Origin: Planctomycetota bacterium
GTDB taxonomy: Bacteria > Planctomycetota > B15-G4
Reading direction: 5' to 3'
NCBI GenBank assembly: GCA_965248575.1
Contig: CBDFJQ010000002.1
Coordinates: 1,824,001 to 1,888,000 of the forward strand
Length of the DNA stretch: 64,000 nt
The position numbers and the translations under genes are program-made. Under the pieces are notes generated by a model. The model had not been told where the DNA came from. It made no database searches and saw only the letters and a list, made by a program, of their open reading frames with translations. Of this stretch, positions 8,733 to 18,367 are shown one piece after another (position 1 is the stretch's first letter; every line of letters begins with the position of its first letter).

Positions 8733-10582
8733 GCAGATCAGGTGCGGCACAGCGCCGGCGCTGGGCAGTGGCGCTGGCGACCGCCTTGGCCAGCTTGGCC
8801 CCCCTGGCTGAGAAATGCACGGCAGGGGCCGGCCCTCAGGACGTGCCCGTCGTGCACGCTGCCCCGATCGCGGAGCTGCTCCCCCAGCCCGGCTCCTGGG
8901 AAGCCGCGGAGGCTGTCTTCCTGCTGGCGGAACACAGCAGCGTGCTCGTGGACGCCAGCGACGCGGAGGCCCATCCCCTGGCTTCGCAGCTGGCAAAGTT
9001 GTTGCGCCGTGTCTCGGGGCACGACGTCCCCATCCGCCTGGGAGAGGTGCGCGACGCGGAGTTCGGCAGTTGGATCCTGCGCCTGCGCCCCGAGCGCACG
9101 GAGTTCGGCGAGGAGGGTTACCGCATCCGCATCGAGCCTGAGCAGCTGCGTCTCGTGGCGGCGACCCGGGCCGGCCTGCTCAACGCCCTGCACACCGTGG
9201 AGCAACTCCTCCCGAGCCAGGCGCCACCGCGTACGGCACCCCGCCGGGACATCCTCCTGCAGTGCCTGCGGGTCGAGGACTCACCCGCTCACCCTGTGCG
9301 CCAGCTCAACCTGCAGCTGGGCAAGCGACGCCCGAGCAAATCGACACTCATGGATCTCGTGCCGCTGCTGGCCCGGCACAAGTTCAACCGCCTGTCGCTC
9401 AGTGGAGATCTGCACGGCTACAAAGCCGACACCCTCGAAGCGCTGCGCCTGGAGTGCCGGAGAACGGGTGTGTTGTTGGCGACGCCAGACCAGGGCCCTG
9501 AAACCCCTGATGGGACAGTCGCGCAACGCGTCCTGCTCGAGGATCCGCGGGCCAAGAGCTGGAGTGCCATGAGCGAAGGCGTCGCGCTCCAACCGGGCAA
9601 CGGCGGCGTCGACGCCCACCTCGCCTACGACGACGTGCCCGAGGGCCAACTGGATGCATGGCTCTGGCCGCGCCTGCTGTGTGTTGCCGAAGCCTTCTGG
9701 TCTTCAGCCGGGGATTCGAAGGCCGGCCCGTCGCCCGCTGCACTGCGCGCGGCGCTGCTGCGGCTGACAGAAGCCCAGGTCCGTTGGCAGCTCCCCACGC
9801 CCGAACTCCTGACGCAGCAAGTGGTGTTCAGCGATTCCCTCGACCTGTCCCAGCGCCTTCAGACGAGCTGTCCCGCTGCAGAGGTCCGCGTGAGCTTTGA
9901 TGGCGAGGCTCCCACGAGCCATTCGGCCCGCCTGCGCGACGAGCTGCCGCTGCGCGAGTCCTGCACGGTGCGTGCTCGCTTGATCCCCATCGGGGCTGCA
10001 GCGCCTGAGCACGCCGGCGAGGAGCTGGTGTTCTCGCTCTGGAAGGAAGCCGCCCGACCGCCGGACATGATGACCCCCGCAGAGCTGACCCCTGGCGTGC
10101 ACTGGGAGACACCCACCGAAGGGCCACTCCACCCGCGCCGCACCCAGCCGGGTCAGCCGTGGCGACCCAGCCCTCTCATCGCCGCGGGGCGTCTCGAACA
10201 ACTGGGCTGTCCCCCGGCCGCCGGTCATGCCTCTGCTTGGTCTCAGTTCGAGGTTCGGTTCGAGGCTTGGTTCGAGGTCGCCCAGGAGGGTGCATACGCC
10301 TTGCGCGCGCTCAGCTCCGGAGAGCTCAGCATGAGACTCGTGCCGGAGCAACTCGTCCAGAACCGCTTTCCGTTCATCGAGGTCCCACTCGTGCCAAAAG
10401 CAGCGCCCACGGAGCGTCCGGCGGAGTTCGTCCTGGCACCCGGGCTGCATCGCATCGAGCTGACCTGGTATCCCGTCTCGGATAGCGACAGCCTCTCGCT
10501 GGAGTGGCTGCGGACAGACCAGCCCTCCGACTGGAACCAAGCCGAATCACTCCCGCTCATGGCTCCTCCGGCAAGCCACTGA
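8729..10582 (+). CDS. Secreted GH20 beta-hexosaminidase-like protein with truncated catalytic barrel, followed by Fn3/CHB_HEX_C-like and PA14-like domains
   Basis: GTG start overlaps the upstream TGA. Signal peptide; GH20 domain 2 (FGEEGYRIRI...AGLLNALHTVEQLL); WPRLLCVAEAFWS; SFDGEAPT; LAPGLHRIELTW. No HxGGDE motif. Confidence 0.7.
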   Translation: MSRSGAAQRRRWAVALATALASLAPLAEKCTAGAGPQDVPVVHAAPIAELLPQPGSWEAAEAVFLLAEHSSVLVDASDAEAHPLASQLAKLLRRVSGHDVPIRLGEVRDAEFGSWILRLRPERTEFGEEGYRIRIEPEQLRLVAATRAGLLNALHTVEQLLPSQAPPRTAPRRDILLQCLRVEDSPAHPVRQLNLQLGKRRPSKSTLMDLVPLLARHKFNRLSLSGDLHGYKADTLEALRLECRRTGVLLATPDQGPETPDGTVAQRVLLEDPRAKSWSAMSEGVALQPGNGGVDAHLAYDDVPEGQLDAWLWPRLLCVAEAFWSSAGDSKAGPSPAALRAALLRLTEAQVRWQLPTPELLTQQVVFSDSLDLSQRLQTSCPAAEVRVSFDGEAPTSHSARLRDELPLRESCTVRARLIPIGAAAPEHAGEELVFSLWKEAARPPDMMTPAELTPGVHWETPTEGPLHPRRTQPGQPWRPSPLIAAGRLEQLGCPPAAGHASAWSQFEVRFEAWFEVAQEGAYALRALSSGELSMRLVPEQLVQNRFPFIEVPLVPKAAPTERPAEFVLAPGLHRIELTWYPVSDSDSLSLEWLRTDQPSDWNQAESLPLMAPPASH

Positions 10583-10611
10583 GATCGCAGCGCTGACGGC
10601 CGAGGCCCTGC

Positions 10612-13116
10612 TCAGTTCCCGGCGGTCAGCTTCGAGCGGCCCGCCAGCAACGCGACGAGATAGGCAACACCCGCCGCCGCAAAGCTGGTGGAGAAGCCAC
10701 CGGCCATGGCGAGCAGGATGCCCACGACAGAGGCCACCACGGAAGCCCCCCCGTTCACGCCGAAGGCCCAGGGCACGAGCTGCCCCGCCTGACGCTGCAC
10801 CAGCGTCAGGCCCGACGGGAACGGCATGCCCATGAAGAACGCCATGGGCCCAAGCGCCGCGACGGTGATCAGGATGCGCAGGCCGATGGACAGCTTGAGG
10901 GTCAGGTCGAAGAGCATCGGCAAGCCGAAGGCGAAGACAGCCAGCAGCAGGAGCACGGCCACCAAGGCGCGGGCAAGGGTGCGACGCGGGTCCTTGCTCT
11001 TGCCGGCAACCGCGGCTCCCATGGCCGAGAACACCAGGAAGGAGATGAGCACCACGGTGATGGCGTAGCCCGGGTGCCCCAGGAAGAGCACGAAGCGTTG
11101 CATGGCAGCCACTTCGATCAGGATGTACCCCGCACCGAGCCCCATGAAGTAGAGCACCCAGGTTCCGCCACCAGGCACCTTCAGGCCGTCCCGCCGGAAC
11201 AGGAACAACGGCACCAACACGAGCAAGGCCACCAACAAGATCGACTGCCCCAAGACCGTGAGCAGCATGATCAAGCCGATGGGCTTGTCGCCGATGATCT
11301 CGAGGTACTCGGTCCCGACGTCCGATGTCAGTTTCGCATCAGCCCCGACCGGTGCGGTTTGCTCCGGCTCGAAGCCGAACAACTGGGGCAGGACATTCCC
11401 CCACTTGTGATACCGGAAGAAGAACGGGTTGTTGTCGGTCACCGGGTCCAGGTTGTAGAGGTAGCGGTCCCGGTAGGCCTCGTCCGTACCTTCCGCCACG
11501 GCCGCGAAGAAGTCGGGGAATTCGCCCTCCGCCTCCACGCCCGGGGCGTACATCACGAAGAAGGCCGGGCGCGCCGCGCAGAGTTCCTGGTAGCGGGCCA
11601 CCTCGCGGGGCGTGAAGGGACGCTTGCGAATCAACACGGCCGCGTAGTCGAGCCCTTGCACCCGCCCCTCGGAGGTGATGATCTCCTTGCCCTTCCAGCC
11701 GATGACCACGAAGTGCTGTTCGGGAGTCTCTGCGCCATCGCGACGCAGGGCATCCACGGCGATGGCACCCAGGCGCAAGGTCTCGCGCGGCGGATCGAAG
11801 CGGAAGCGCATCACGCCGATCACACCGTCCGGCGTCAGGTGGCTGATGAAGTCATCGTAGGCCTCGGCCGTGTACAGGTAGGACTCGCTCATCACATAGC
11901 TGCCTGACGACAGCGCCGCGTAGGTGTCCGTACCCGTCATCTGGATCAGGTCGTACTTCTCGTCCGAGCGACGCAACCAAGAGCGCCCCTCGTCCACATG
12001 GATGGTGACACCCGGCAGGAAGTAGCGGTCGGCCGTGGCCTCCCGGTACTCGTTGCGCATCAGCGAGGCCGTGGTGCGGTTGATCTCGATGCCCGTGAAG
12101 TCGACGCTCGAGCCGTCAGGATAGGTGCGCTGCGCCTTGGCCTGCAGGATGTCGATGCCACCCCCGATGCCGATGGCCAGAACCTTGGGAGCCGTCTTCT
12201 CGAAGAGCAGGTATCCCAGGCCTTCCTTGGCGGCGATGTCCGTGCTCAGGTGCATGGGCCCCATGGGCAGCACCGTGGGGGCATCGCCGTCCTGGTAGAC
12301 GGTGCGCCTTTCGTTGGGCGCGTCGGGGCCCGGACCCACCACATCGAGACGGCACAGCGGATCCCAAGCCGTGCGCTCCACCCGTAGACGCGGGTCGAGC
12401 TTCATGGTCTGGGACATGACCTTGTTGGCAGCCACAGGCACTTCGAAGAGCGCCTTGGGCGACACGACAGAGAGCACGAGGCTGGCCACGGCGAGCACTC
12501 CGCCGACCATCTTCAGGCCCTTGCGTTCCCCGCTCAGCATGGCGGCACCGATGAAGGTGACGGCCGCTGCGAACAACACGGCCCCTTCACCACCCAGGCC
12601 TCGCAAGACCGGGACGTAGATGGCACAGCCGAGCGCCGAGCCACCCATGTTCCAGGCGTACACCCGACCGATGCTGCCGTGGGAGTCCGAAAGAGCCAGG
12701 GCGATCACAACACCGCCGAAGACCATGGGCAGGATCAGCACGCTGTACTGGAAGGCCGCCACCGCCAAGCCCGCCGTCCCCATGGAGGACTCGGGCAGGG
12801 CACGCGTGATCAGCGCGTAGGAGGCCAAGGTCGTGAGGCCAAACATGGTGGCGAAGACAGACAGCCGCCCTGCGACCCCGGACTTCAACCACTTGGGCTT
12901 GCAAGCCAGCAGGGCACCGCCTGCAGCGAAGCCCAACAGTGTGAAGGTCACCACCAGGTAGGTCAGGTGGTGCCACAACATGGGTGACAGGATCCGCGTG
13001 TGTACGAGCTGCAACAACAGCACGGAAGCGGAGACGAGAGCCACACCGGGCAGCCGGAGCCCTGGCAACGGCGCCGACCCAGCCGCGTCGGGCTGGGAGG
13101 AGTCAGATGAAGTCAT
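10612..13116 (-). CDS. Membrane protein with a spermidine-synthase-like/class I SAM-binding domain between two TM bundles
   Basis: About 7 TM at each end. Central QDGDAPT, VLAIGIGGGID, GIEIN, VDEGRSWL, YDLIQM, PVTDNNPFFF; C-terminal WAFGVNGGASV. Confidence 0.8.
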   Translation of the reverse strand: MTSSDSSQPDAAGSAPLPGLRLPGVALVSASVLLLQLVHTRILSPMLWHHLTYLVVTFTLLGFAAGGALLACKPKWLKSGVAGRLSVFATMFGLTTLASYALITRALPESSMGTAGLAVAAFQYSVLILPMVFGGVVIALALSDSHGSIGRVYAWNMGGSALGCAIYVPVLRGLGGEGAVLFAAAVTFIGAAMLSGERKGLKMVGGVLAVASLVLSVVSPKALFEVPVAANKVMSQTMKLDPRLRVERTAWDPLCRLDVVGPGPDAPNERRTVYQDGDAPTVLPMGPMHLSTDIAAKEGLGYLLFEKTAPKVLAIGIGGGIDILQAKAQRTYPDGSSVDFTGIEINRTTASLMRNEYREATADRYFLPGVTIHVDEGRSWLRRSDEKYDLIQMTGTDTYAALSSGSYVMSESYLYTAEAYDDFISHLTPDGVIGVMRFRFDPPRETLRLGAIAVDALRRDGAETPEQHFVVIGWKGKEIITSEGRVQGLDYAAVLIRKRPFTPREVARYQELCAARPAFFVMYAPGVEAEGEFPDFFAAVAEGTDEAYRDRYLYNLDPVTDNNPFFFRYHKWGNVLPQLFGFEPEQTAPVGADAKLTSDVGTEYLEIIGDKPIGLIMLLTVLGQSILLVALLVLVPLFLFRRDGLKVPGGGTWVLYFMGLGAGYILIEVAAMQRFVLFLGHPGYAITVVLISFLVFSAMGAAVAGKSKDPRRTLARALVAVLLLLAVFAFGLPMLFDLTLKLSIGLRILITVAALGPMAFFMGMPFPSGLTLVQRQAGQLVPWAFGVNGGASVVASVVGILLAMAGGFSTSFAAAGVAYLVALLAGRSKLTAGN

Positions 13117-13231
13117 GGGCGTCGCGTGTGCCGTCCGGGAACGGGGGAGATCGAAAGCCGACCCCAAATGGTAGTGCGTACGGCCCGAGAGTCCATTTCT
13201 GCCCTCAGATGGAGTCCGATTCCCGCTCCTT

Positions 13232-15376
13232 TCAGCCGTCGCGCTTGGGCTGGCGAGACCTCAGATACTCCTCCACCGTGGGGTGAGCCGCGGCCGCCCC
13301 CCGCCCCGCACGTCGCAGGGCTCCTCCGAGGCGCTGCACCAGCACGTCCTCCAAGAGGTCCAGGTACTGCAGGGCAACCCCAGGATCACAGCCCTGGGGA
13401 CCGTCGATCTCCCGCCCGGCAGCCAGATCCAGATCCAGCATGGCCTGGGCACTTGCCCGGGGTGAGCCGTAGCGGCCATCGCCGTCCACGTCCAGGTACA
13501 CCGGATTGGTGGCCGCCAAGGTGTAATCGTTCACCAGGGGAAACCAGGGCCCGTCGATCCCGTCCCCGAGCACGACGCACACCACCCAGGCGTCGTGGCC
13601 CAGTCCCCGGAAGGCCTCATGGGCATCGGCTGATCCGGCTTGCAGCTGCAGAGCGAAGTCGAGGGTCACGTCCGTGGGCTCACCCGGGGTGGTGGGCACG
13701 AGTCGAGTGGCCACCAGATCACCGTTACTGAACACCAGCGCCTCCCGCGGCAACACCCAAGACGGCGCCGCCACGCGCAGCGATACCGACAGCGTTCCTC
13801 CAGCTGCCCGCACGACCGTGCCCGGGCCCCCGGCGCTGGGAGTCGCCCCCGGGCGTTCGGCCCCTGCTTCGCTCATGCGGACGTCCACGAAGAAGCCCAT
13901 GCCCAGGGTGGTCTGGCCCGCCGCCATCGCCTGGCACGCGGCGTCCACATCGATGGCGGCAGGATCGTCCGTGGTGCTGGGGACGTAGGTGCGCCCTGCG
14001 CCCACCACGCCAGCGACCGTGTGGGAGTCCGAGCTGCCCACGGCCGAGATCGGCTCGCCCCGGTTGAGCAGACCGAACCAGTCGTGGAAGAGGCTGAGCG
14101 GCTTCGGCTCGTGGGTCTGGGAGTTCACCAGCTCCATGGCGTCGAACAGGAAGGGCGTGTCCGCAGCACGACGACCTGTCGCCGGGACGTAGTCGAGCAC
14201 ACCGAAGGGACCCTTCTCGTGGGATGGCCAGCGGGGGTGGTTCAAGATGACCACCTGCGCCCCTTTGCTGCGCATTCCTGCGACGAGCTGCTTCCAGTCC
14301 GTTCCCTTCTCGGTGGGCCGCTCCTCAGTCGGGTCGAGGGGGAAGGCGTTGAAGTGCCCCACGCTCGTGGTCACCTCGTTGCCCGTGACCGGCGTGAACC
14401 ACTCTCCCGTGCCCGTCGCCCATTGCGCCGGCCTGTAGTCGGTGTTGTGGTCGTGGTCCGTGGCGATGGCCAGCTCGACCCCCTCGCCCGCCAGGGTCAC
14501 CATGCGCTCTTCCAGATTCGCGTCACCATGCCCGCTGAATGTCAGGGTGTGGATGTGCGTGTCGGCAGCCACAAAGCCGCTGGTGTCGACTTCCCGGCGG
14601 ATGCTGAAGGTCAGCCCTTCCGGCTCGTCGCCCAGCTCGAGCATCGCCGACCCAAGACCCCATTCGGTGCCGCGCGTTGCCCAGAGCTGGTAACGCCCCT
14701 TGGGAAGCTCCAGATGCCCCGAGCCTTCCCCCACGTACAAGACACCAGGGCGGACGGCCGTGCGCTCGGACTCGGCTTCGTAGATCGTGGCCAACTGCCC
14801 TTGCTCATCCACGACGGTAACGCGCGCTGGCAACGGCTTCCCGCTGTCCGCATCCACGACTTGCACCTCCACCGACTGGAGGTCGAGGTACTCCCGCAGG
14901 GGCTGCTCGATCAACCGCACATGGCCCACGGTGATGTCGTCCGTGGTCGTGCTGGGAACCAGCAGCAACACGTTCTGGCCGGGGACCAGGGAGCCCGGGG
15001 GCAGGCGGTAGCAGACGTCCACCAGCTCCAGCTTCCGCTCCAGCTGGGCGATCTTGCGCCCGTTCAGGAGCACGGCCCAGGCGTCGTTCACGTGGCGCTG
15101 GGTCAGGACCAGGACGTGTTCCCGGAGGTTCGAGGTCGCCTCGAAGAGCAGCTCGTAGCGGCCCGGCTGGGGCGCTGCGGGAGCCTCCTGCCACTCCGGG
15201 GTGTCCGTATCCCCATGGTGGTGCATCTCCGGATCGAGCATCCGCTCCTGAGCCGTCGCCCCCTGCAGCGAACTCAGGAGGAAGAGAGTGAGGCTTGCGC
15301 TCGTCCAAAGGCCCGCCGAACGACGGGCCCTTCCTGAGGATGTGCCGTGGCTTGGGTCCGCCTGATCGGTTTTCAT
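13232..15376 (-). CDS. Secreted CehA/McbA-family (PHP-like) metallohydrolase
   Basis: ADTHIHT, ATDHDH, GNEVTT..GHFNAFP, ILNHPR, GSSDSH, AATNPVY; N-terminal signal peptide. Confidence 0.85.
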   Translation of the reverse strand: MKTDQADPSHGTSSGRARRSAGLWTSASLTLFLLSSLQGATAQERMLDPEMHHHGDTDTPEWQEAPAAPQPGRYELLFEATSNLREHVLVLTQRHVNDAWAVLLNGRKIAQLERKLELVDVCYRLPPGSLVPGQNVLLLVPSTTTDDITVGHVRLIEQPLREYLDLQSVEVQVVDADSGKPLPARVTVVDEQGQLATIYEAESERTAVRPGVLYVGEGSGHLELPKGRYQLWATRGTEWGLGSAMLELGDEPEGLTFSIRREVDTSGFVAADTHIHTLTFSGHGDANLEERMVTLAGEGVELAIATDHDHNTDYRPAQWATGTGEWFTPVTGNEVTTSVGHFNAFPLDPTEERPTEKGTDWKQLVAGMRSKGAQVVILNHPRWPSHEKGPFGVLDYVPATGRRAADTPFLFDAMELVNSQTHEPKPLSLFHDWFGLLNRGEPISAVGSSDSHTVAGVVGAGRTYVPSTTDDPAAIDVDAACQAMAAGQTTLGMGFFVDVRMSEAGAERPGATPSAGGPGTVVRAAGGTLSVSLRVAAPSWVLPREALVFSNGDLVATRLVPTTPGEPTDVTLDFALQLQAGSADAHEAFRGLGHDAWVVCVVLGDGIDGPWFPLVNDYTLAATNPVYLDVDGDGRYGSPRASAQAMLDLDLAAGREIDGPQGCDPGVALQYLDLLEDVLVQRLGGALRRAGRGAAAAHPTVEEYLRSRQPKRDG

Positions 15377-15546
15377 GGGGGGCGATCATAGCCAGTCCTA
15401 CCCGGAACCGCCCCCGCTGCAGAGACGAGCTGCAAAGCCGAGCTGTAGACCCGTGACTCCGGGAGCCTCTCACCCCTGATCGGTAGACTCCAACCCCGGG
15501 CGAGGTCGTCCGCCACGCCTCGCTTCGACACCCACTCGAGATCGCC

Positions 15547-17259
15547 ATGTCCGCTTCGAGACGCCGCTCCCACCCCTGCTTGCTTCTCAGCTGGGCGTTC
15601 GCCGCATTCACCGTTCCGGCCTTCGCCGGCGACAACCTCGCGGTCTACACCATGAATGACCGGGGCTTGTTGTCCGTGGGTGGCACGGTGCTCGAGAAGC
15701 TCAAGAGCGGCTTCGACCCCTCCGAGGACCCGGTCGTCAAGCCGGAGCAGCAATGGGTGGACCTGGAGGTCGTGGGCAGCGACCGCTGGACCCTGCGCCG
15801 GGACGGCCGCATCGAGGAGAACGGCAGCAAGCTGCGGGTCCTGCCCTTCGACATCACCACCAACGCCACGTGGCTGCAGCTGGCTCGCTCGGACGCCCTC
15901 TACGCCCTGCGCAGCGATGGCATGCTCGCCCAAGACGACCTCACGGACGTGACCTACCCGCCCTACAACTTCGCCTTCCTGGATCTGGTCGCCCCGCCGG
16001 TCGACCCCTTCCTGAACGGCCCCGACGTCTTCGCCCTGCGCTCTGACGGAGGCGTCTTCGGCTCCACGACGACCACCCCCGGCATCGTGTTGGTAGGCGG
16101 CCCCGGCGTGCGCAACAGCGCCGGCACTCCGGGCAGCCCAGATGGGGAGTTCTTCGACACCGTCTGGGTGGCGTGTGCCGTGGACCCCAGCACCGACGAG
16201 ATCTACGCCCTGCGAGCCGACGGGCGGGTGCACTCCTTCGACTGGGAGGACTTCGACGCCAGCAGCGGCGTCGACCCAGCCGCCCCCCCGCCTCCGCCAG
16301 GCGGCGGAATCGGCCCGCCGGCGGGCGTCGAACAGGCGAACCTGCCGTTCCCTGACACCTTGCTGTTCACCCTGGGTGACCTCTACATCGACATCGCCTT
16401 CGATGAGGACGGCACCTGGTATGTCCTGCGCCAGGACGGTGCCGTCTTCAGGTCCGACGACGACGTGAACCCGTTGGTGCTCCTGCCCGGCGACGGCATC
16501 GACCCCGAGAAGACCTTCGTCGACCTGGCCGTGCTGGGTGGCGTCGTGCGCGTGCTGCGCTACGACGGCAGCCTCTACGACGAGACCGGCGCCCTGCTGC
16601 TGAACCTGCAGAAGAAGCGCTACCTCAACATCTGCCTCAGCGAGGACCCGCCAGACCTCTCGAACTTCAAGAACCGCAAGCCGGTCACGAGCGTCTACAA
16701 GCCCATCGTGCTCGAGAACCAGGCCCTGACCCTGCCGATCATCGTAGCGGACGTGGACAAGCTGTCCGAAGACCTCGACGTCCTGGTGGACCTGAGCTTG
16801 CTTCCTGGCGCCAGCTACGACCCCATCACCCGCGTGGTGAGCTGGCCGGGCGGCCCGGCCGGCAAGTACCGCATCACCGTCAGCGCTGACGACGGCTTGC
16901 TCAAGAAGCCGAAAAAGTCCAAGTACAGCGTGCGGGTGGTGCCAGCCGACACGGTGCCCGAGAAGAACAGGCCACCGAACGTCACCAAGGTCAAGAAGGT
17001 GCTGGCGCTGGTGGGCATCGAGAGCACTGTGCCGCTCCTGGCCATCGACCGCGATGGCGACACCCTCACCTTCAGCGTGGACAACCAGGCGGGCATCTTC
17101 GCACGCGGTGCAATCTTTGATGCCAACACGGCCACCATCACGTGGACACCTGCCTTCGACGATGTGGGCAAGTGGAAGGCCGTGGTGTTCGTCAGCGACG
17201 GCACCAAGACCAAGAAGCTCAAGTTGAAGTTCGAGGTGGCCAGCCCCCTGATCTTCTGA
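15547..17259 (+). CDS. Secreted beta-propeller protein with two C-terminal Ig/cadherin-like domains
   Basis: Signal peptide (AFA-G); six to seven (Y/F/W)xLRxDG repeats; LPGASYDPITRVVSW...ITVSADDG and AIFDANTATITWTP...VFVSDG. Confidence 0.7.
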   Translation: MSASRRRSHPCLLLSWAFAAFTVPAFAGDNLAVYTMNDRGLLSVGGTVLEKLKSGFDPSEDPVVKPEQQWVDLEVVGSDRWTLRRDGRIEENGSKLRVLPFDITTNATWLQLARSDALYALRSDGMLAQDDLTDVTYPPYNFAFLDLVAPPVDPFLNGPDVFALRSDGGVFGSTTTTPGIVLVGGPGVRNSAGTPGSPDGEFFDTVWVACAVDPSTDEIYALRADGRVHSFDWEDFDASSGVDPAAPPPPPGGGIGPPAGVEQANLPFPDTLLFTLGDLYIDIAFDEDGTWYVLRQDGAVFRSDDDVNPLVLLPGDGIDPEKTFVDLAVLGGVVRVLRYDGSLYDETGALLLNLQKKRYLNICLSEDPPDLSNFKNRKPVTSVYKPIVLENQALTLPIIVADVDKLSEDLDVLVDLSLLPGASYDPITRVVSWPGGPAGKYRITVSADDGLLKKPKKSKYSVRVVPADTVPEKNRPPNVTKVKKVLALVGIESTVPLLAIDRDGDTLTFSVDNQAGIFARGAIFDANTATITWTPAFDDVGKWKAVVFVSDGTKTKKLKLKFEVASPLIF

Positions 17260-17302
17260 GGCCCTGGTGAGGCCCTGGTCAAACCGCGCGCGGGGACCGT
17301 CG

Positions 17303-18247
17303 TCAGTGGTGCTCGGGAGGGCTTCGCTCGCCTGCGGGGATGGCGATGTCCAACCGGTTGCTGGCCGGCGGCAAGGGACATGTGGTGAACGGGCTGAACG
17401 CGCAGGGCGGGTTGTAGGCCCGGTTGAAGTCCAGCACCAGGCGCCCCTCTTCGTCGGGCGCAGGCAGCGAGAGGAAGCGGCCGCCGCCGTAGCTCCCGTC
17501 GCCATTGCTGGCGTCGCCGAAGATCAGCGCCAGGGACTCAGGGCCTGAGCCCGTGGGGTGAAGCACGAGCTGCCTGCCATCGATCTCGAACAGCAGGACC
17601 CCGGGCGTCACATCGTCATAGGCGGAGCCCAGGATGTTCGGCACGTCGACCGCCTTGGGTTCAGCATGGGGCACGAAGCGAGCGTCCACGCGCCAGACCT
17701 CCTGCGGGTCAAACCAATCGGTGCCCGCGAAAGACGCCAACACGGGGCTCTGGGGATCGCGCACCCGAATGCCCAGCCGCCCAGCCCGTTCGATGACCCA
17801 GAACACACGCTGCCCCACGTGCACGCGGGTGGGTGCCCCGCTCGTATCGCTCGCGAGTTCGCGTCGGCCCGCGGCGGGCGACGTCTCGTCATCGAAACGG
17901 ACCGACTCCCCCGGGCTCAACTCGAAGCTGACCGCGTCCCCCTCCAACACGAGATCCCCCAACCTGTGCGGCACATCGTCGCCGCCGAGTTTCAGGGCAG
18001 AGTCGGCGCCCGAACCCACGCTGTTACGCCCAGGTTCCAGCCAGAGCAAGTGGCTGATGGCCAGATAGCCTTCCGGGCTGCGCAGTCGCTGCTCACGGGA
18101 GTCCCGCCAACTCAAGAGCTCGCTGCGCCATGCCTCGGCGTTCCACTCGAAGGCTGCGACGTCATCGCCTGAGTCCACGGCCTGCAGTGAGGAACACGCC
18201 GTGACCGCGGCCAGGGTCACTCCCGCCCAAAGCACTCGAACACCCAT
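17303..18247 (-). CDS. DUF1684 family lipoprotein
   Basis: Lipobox VTAC; FGDASNGDGSYGGGRFL; LDFNRAYNPPCAFSPFTTCPLPP..NRL.IAIPAGE. Confidence 0.9.
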   Translation of the reverse strand: MGVRVLWAGVTLAAVTACSSLQAVDSGDDVAAFEWNAEAWRSELLSWRDSREQRLRSPEGYLAISHLLWLEPGRNSVGSGADSALKLGGDDVPHRLGDLVLEGDAVSFELSPGESVRFDDETSPAAGRRELASDTSGAPTRVHVGQRVFWVIERAGRLGIRVRDPQSPVLASFAGTDWFDPQEVWRVDARFVPHAEPKAVDVPNILGSAYDDVTPGVLLFEIDGRQLVLHPTGSGPESLALIFGDASNGDGSYGGGRFLSLPAPDEEGRLVLDFNRAYNPPCAFSPFTTCPLPPASNRLDIAIPAGERSPPEHH

Positions 18248-18367
18248 GCAGCACCTCCTGGAATCGAATCGAATCGACCGCGACTTCCCGCGCGCGTTCG
18301 CGGCCGGCGGAGCCTAACATGCCTCCCCCAGCACGCCTCCCCACCCCGATGCCCAGAGCAGCCACCC

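Noticed and set aside
18261..18277. (GAATC)3 microsatellite in a divergent promoter
   Set aside because: Too short to support phase variation.
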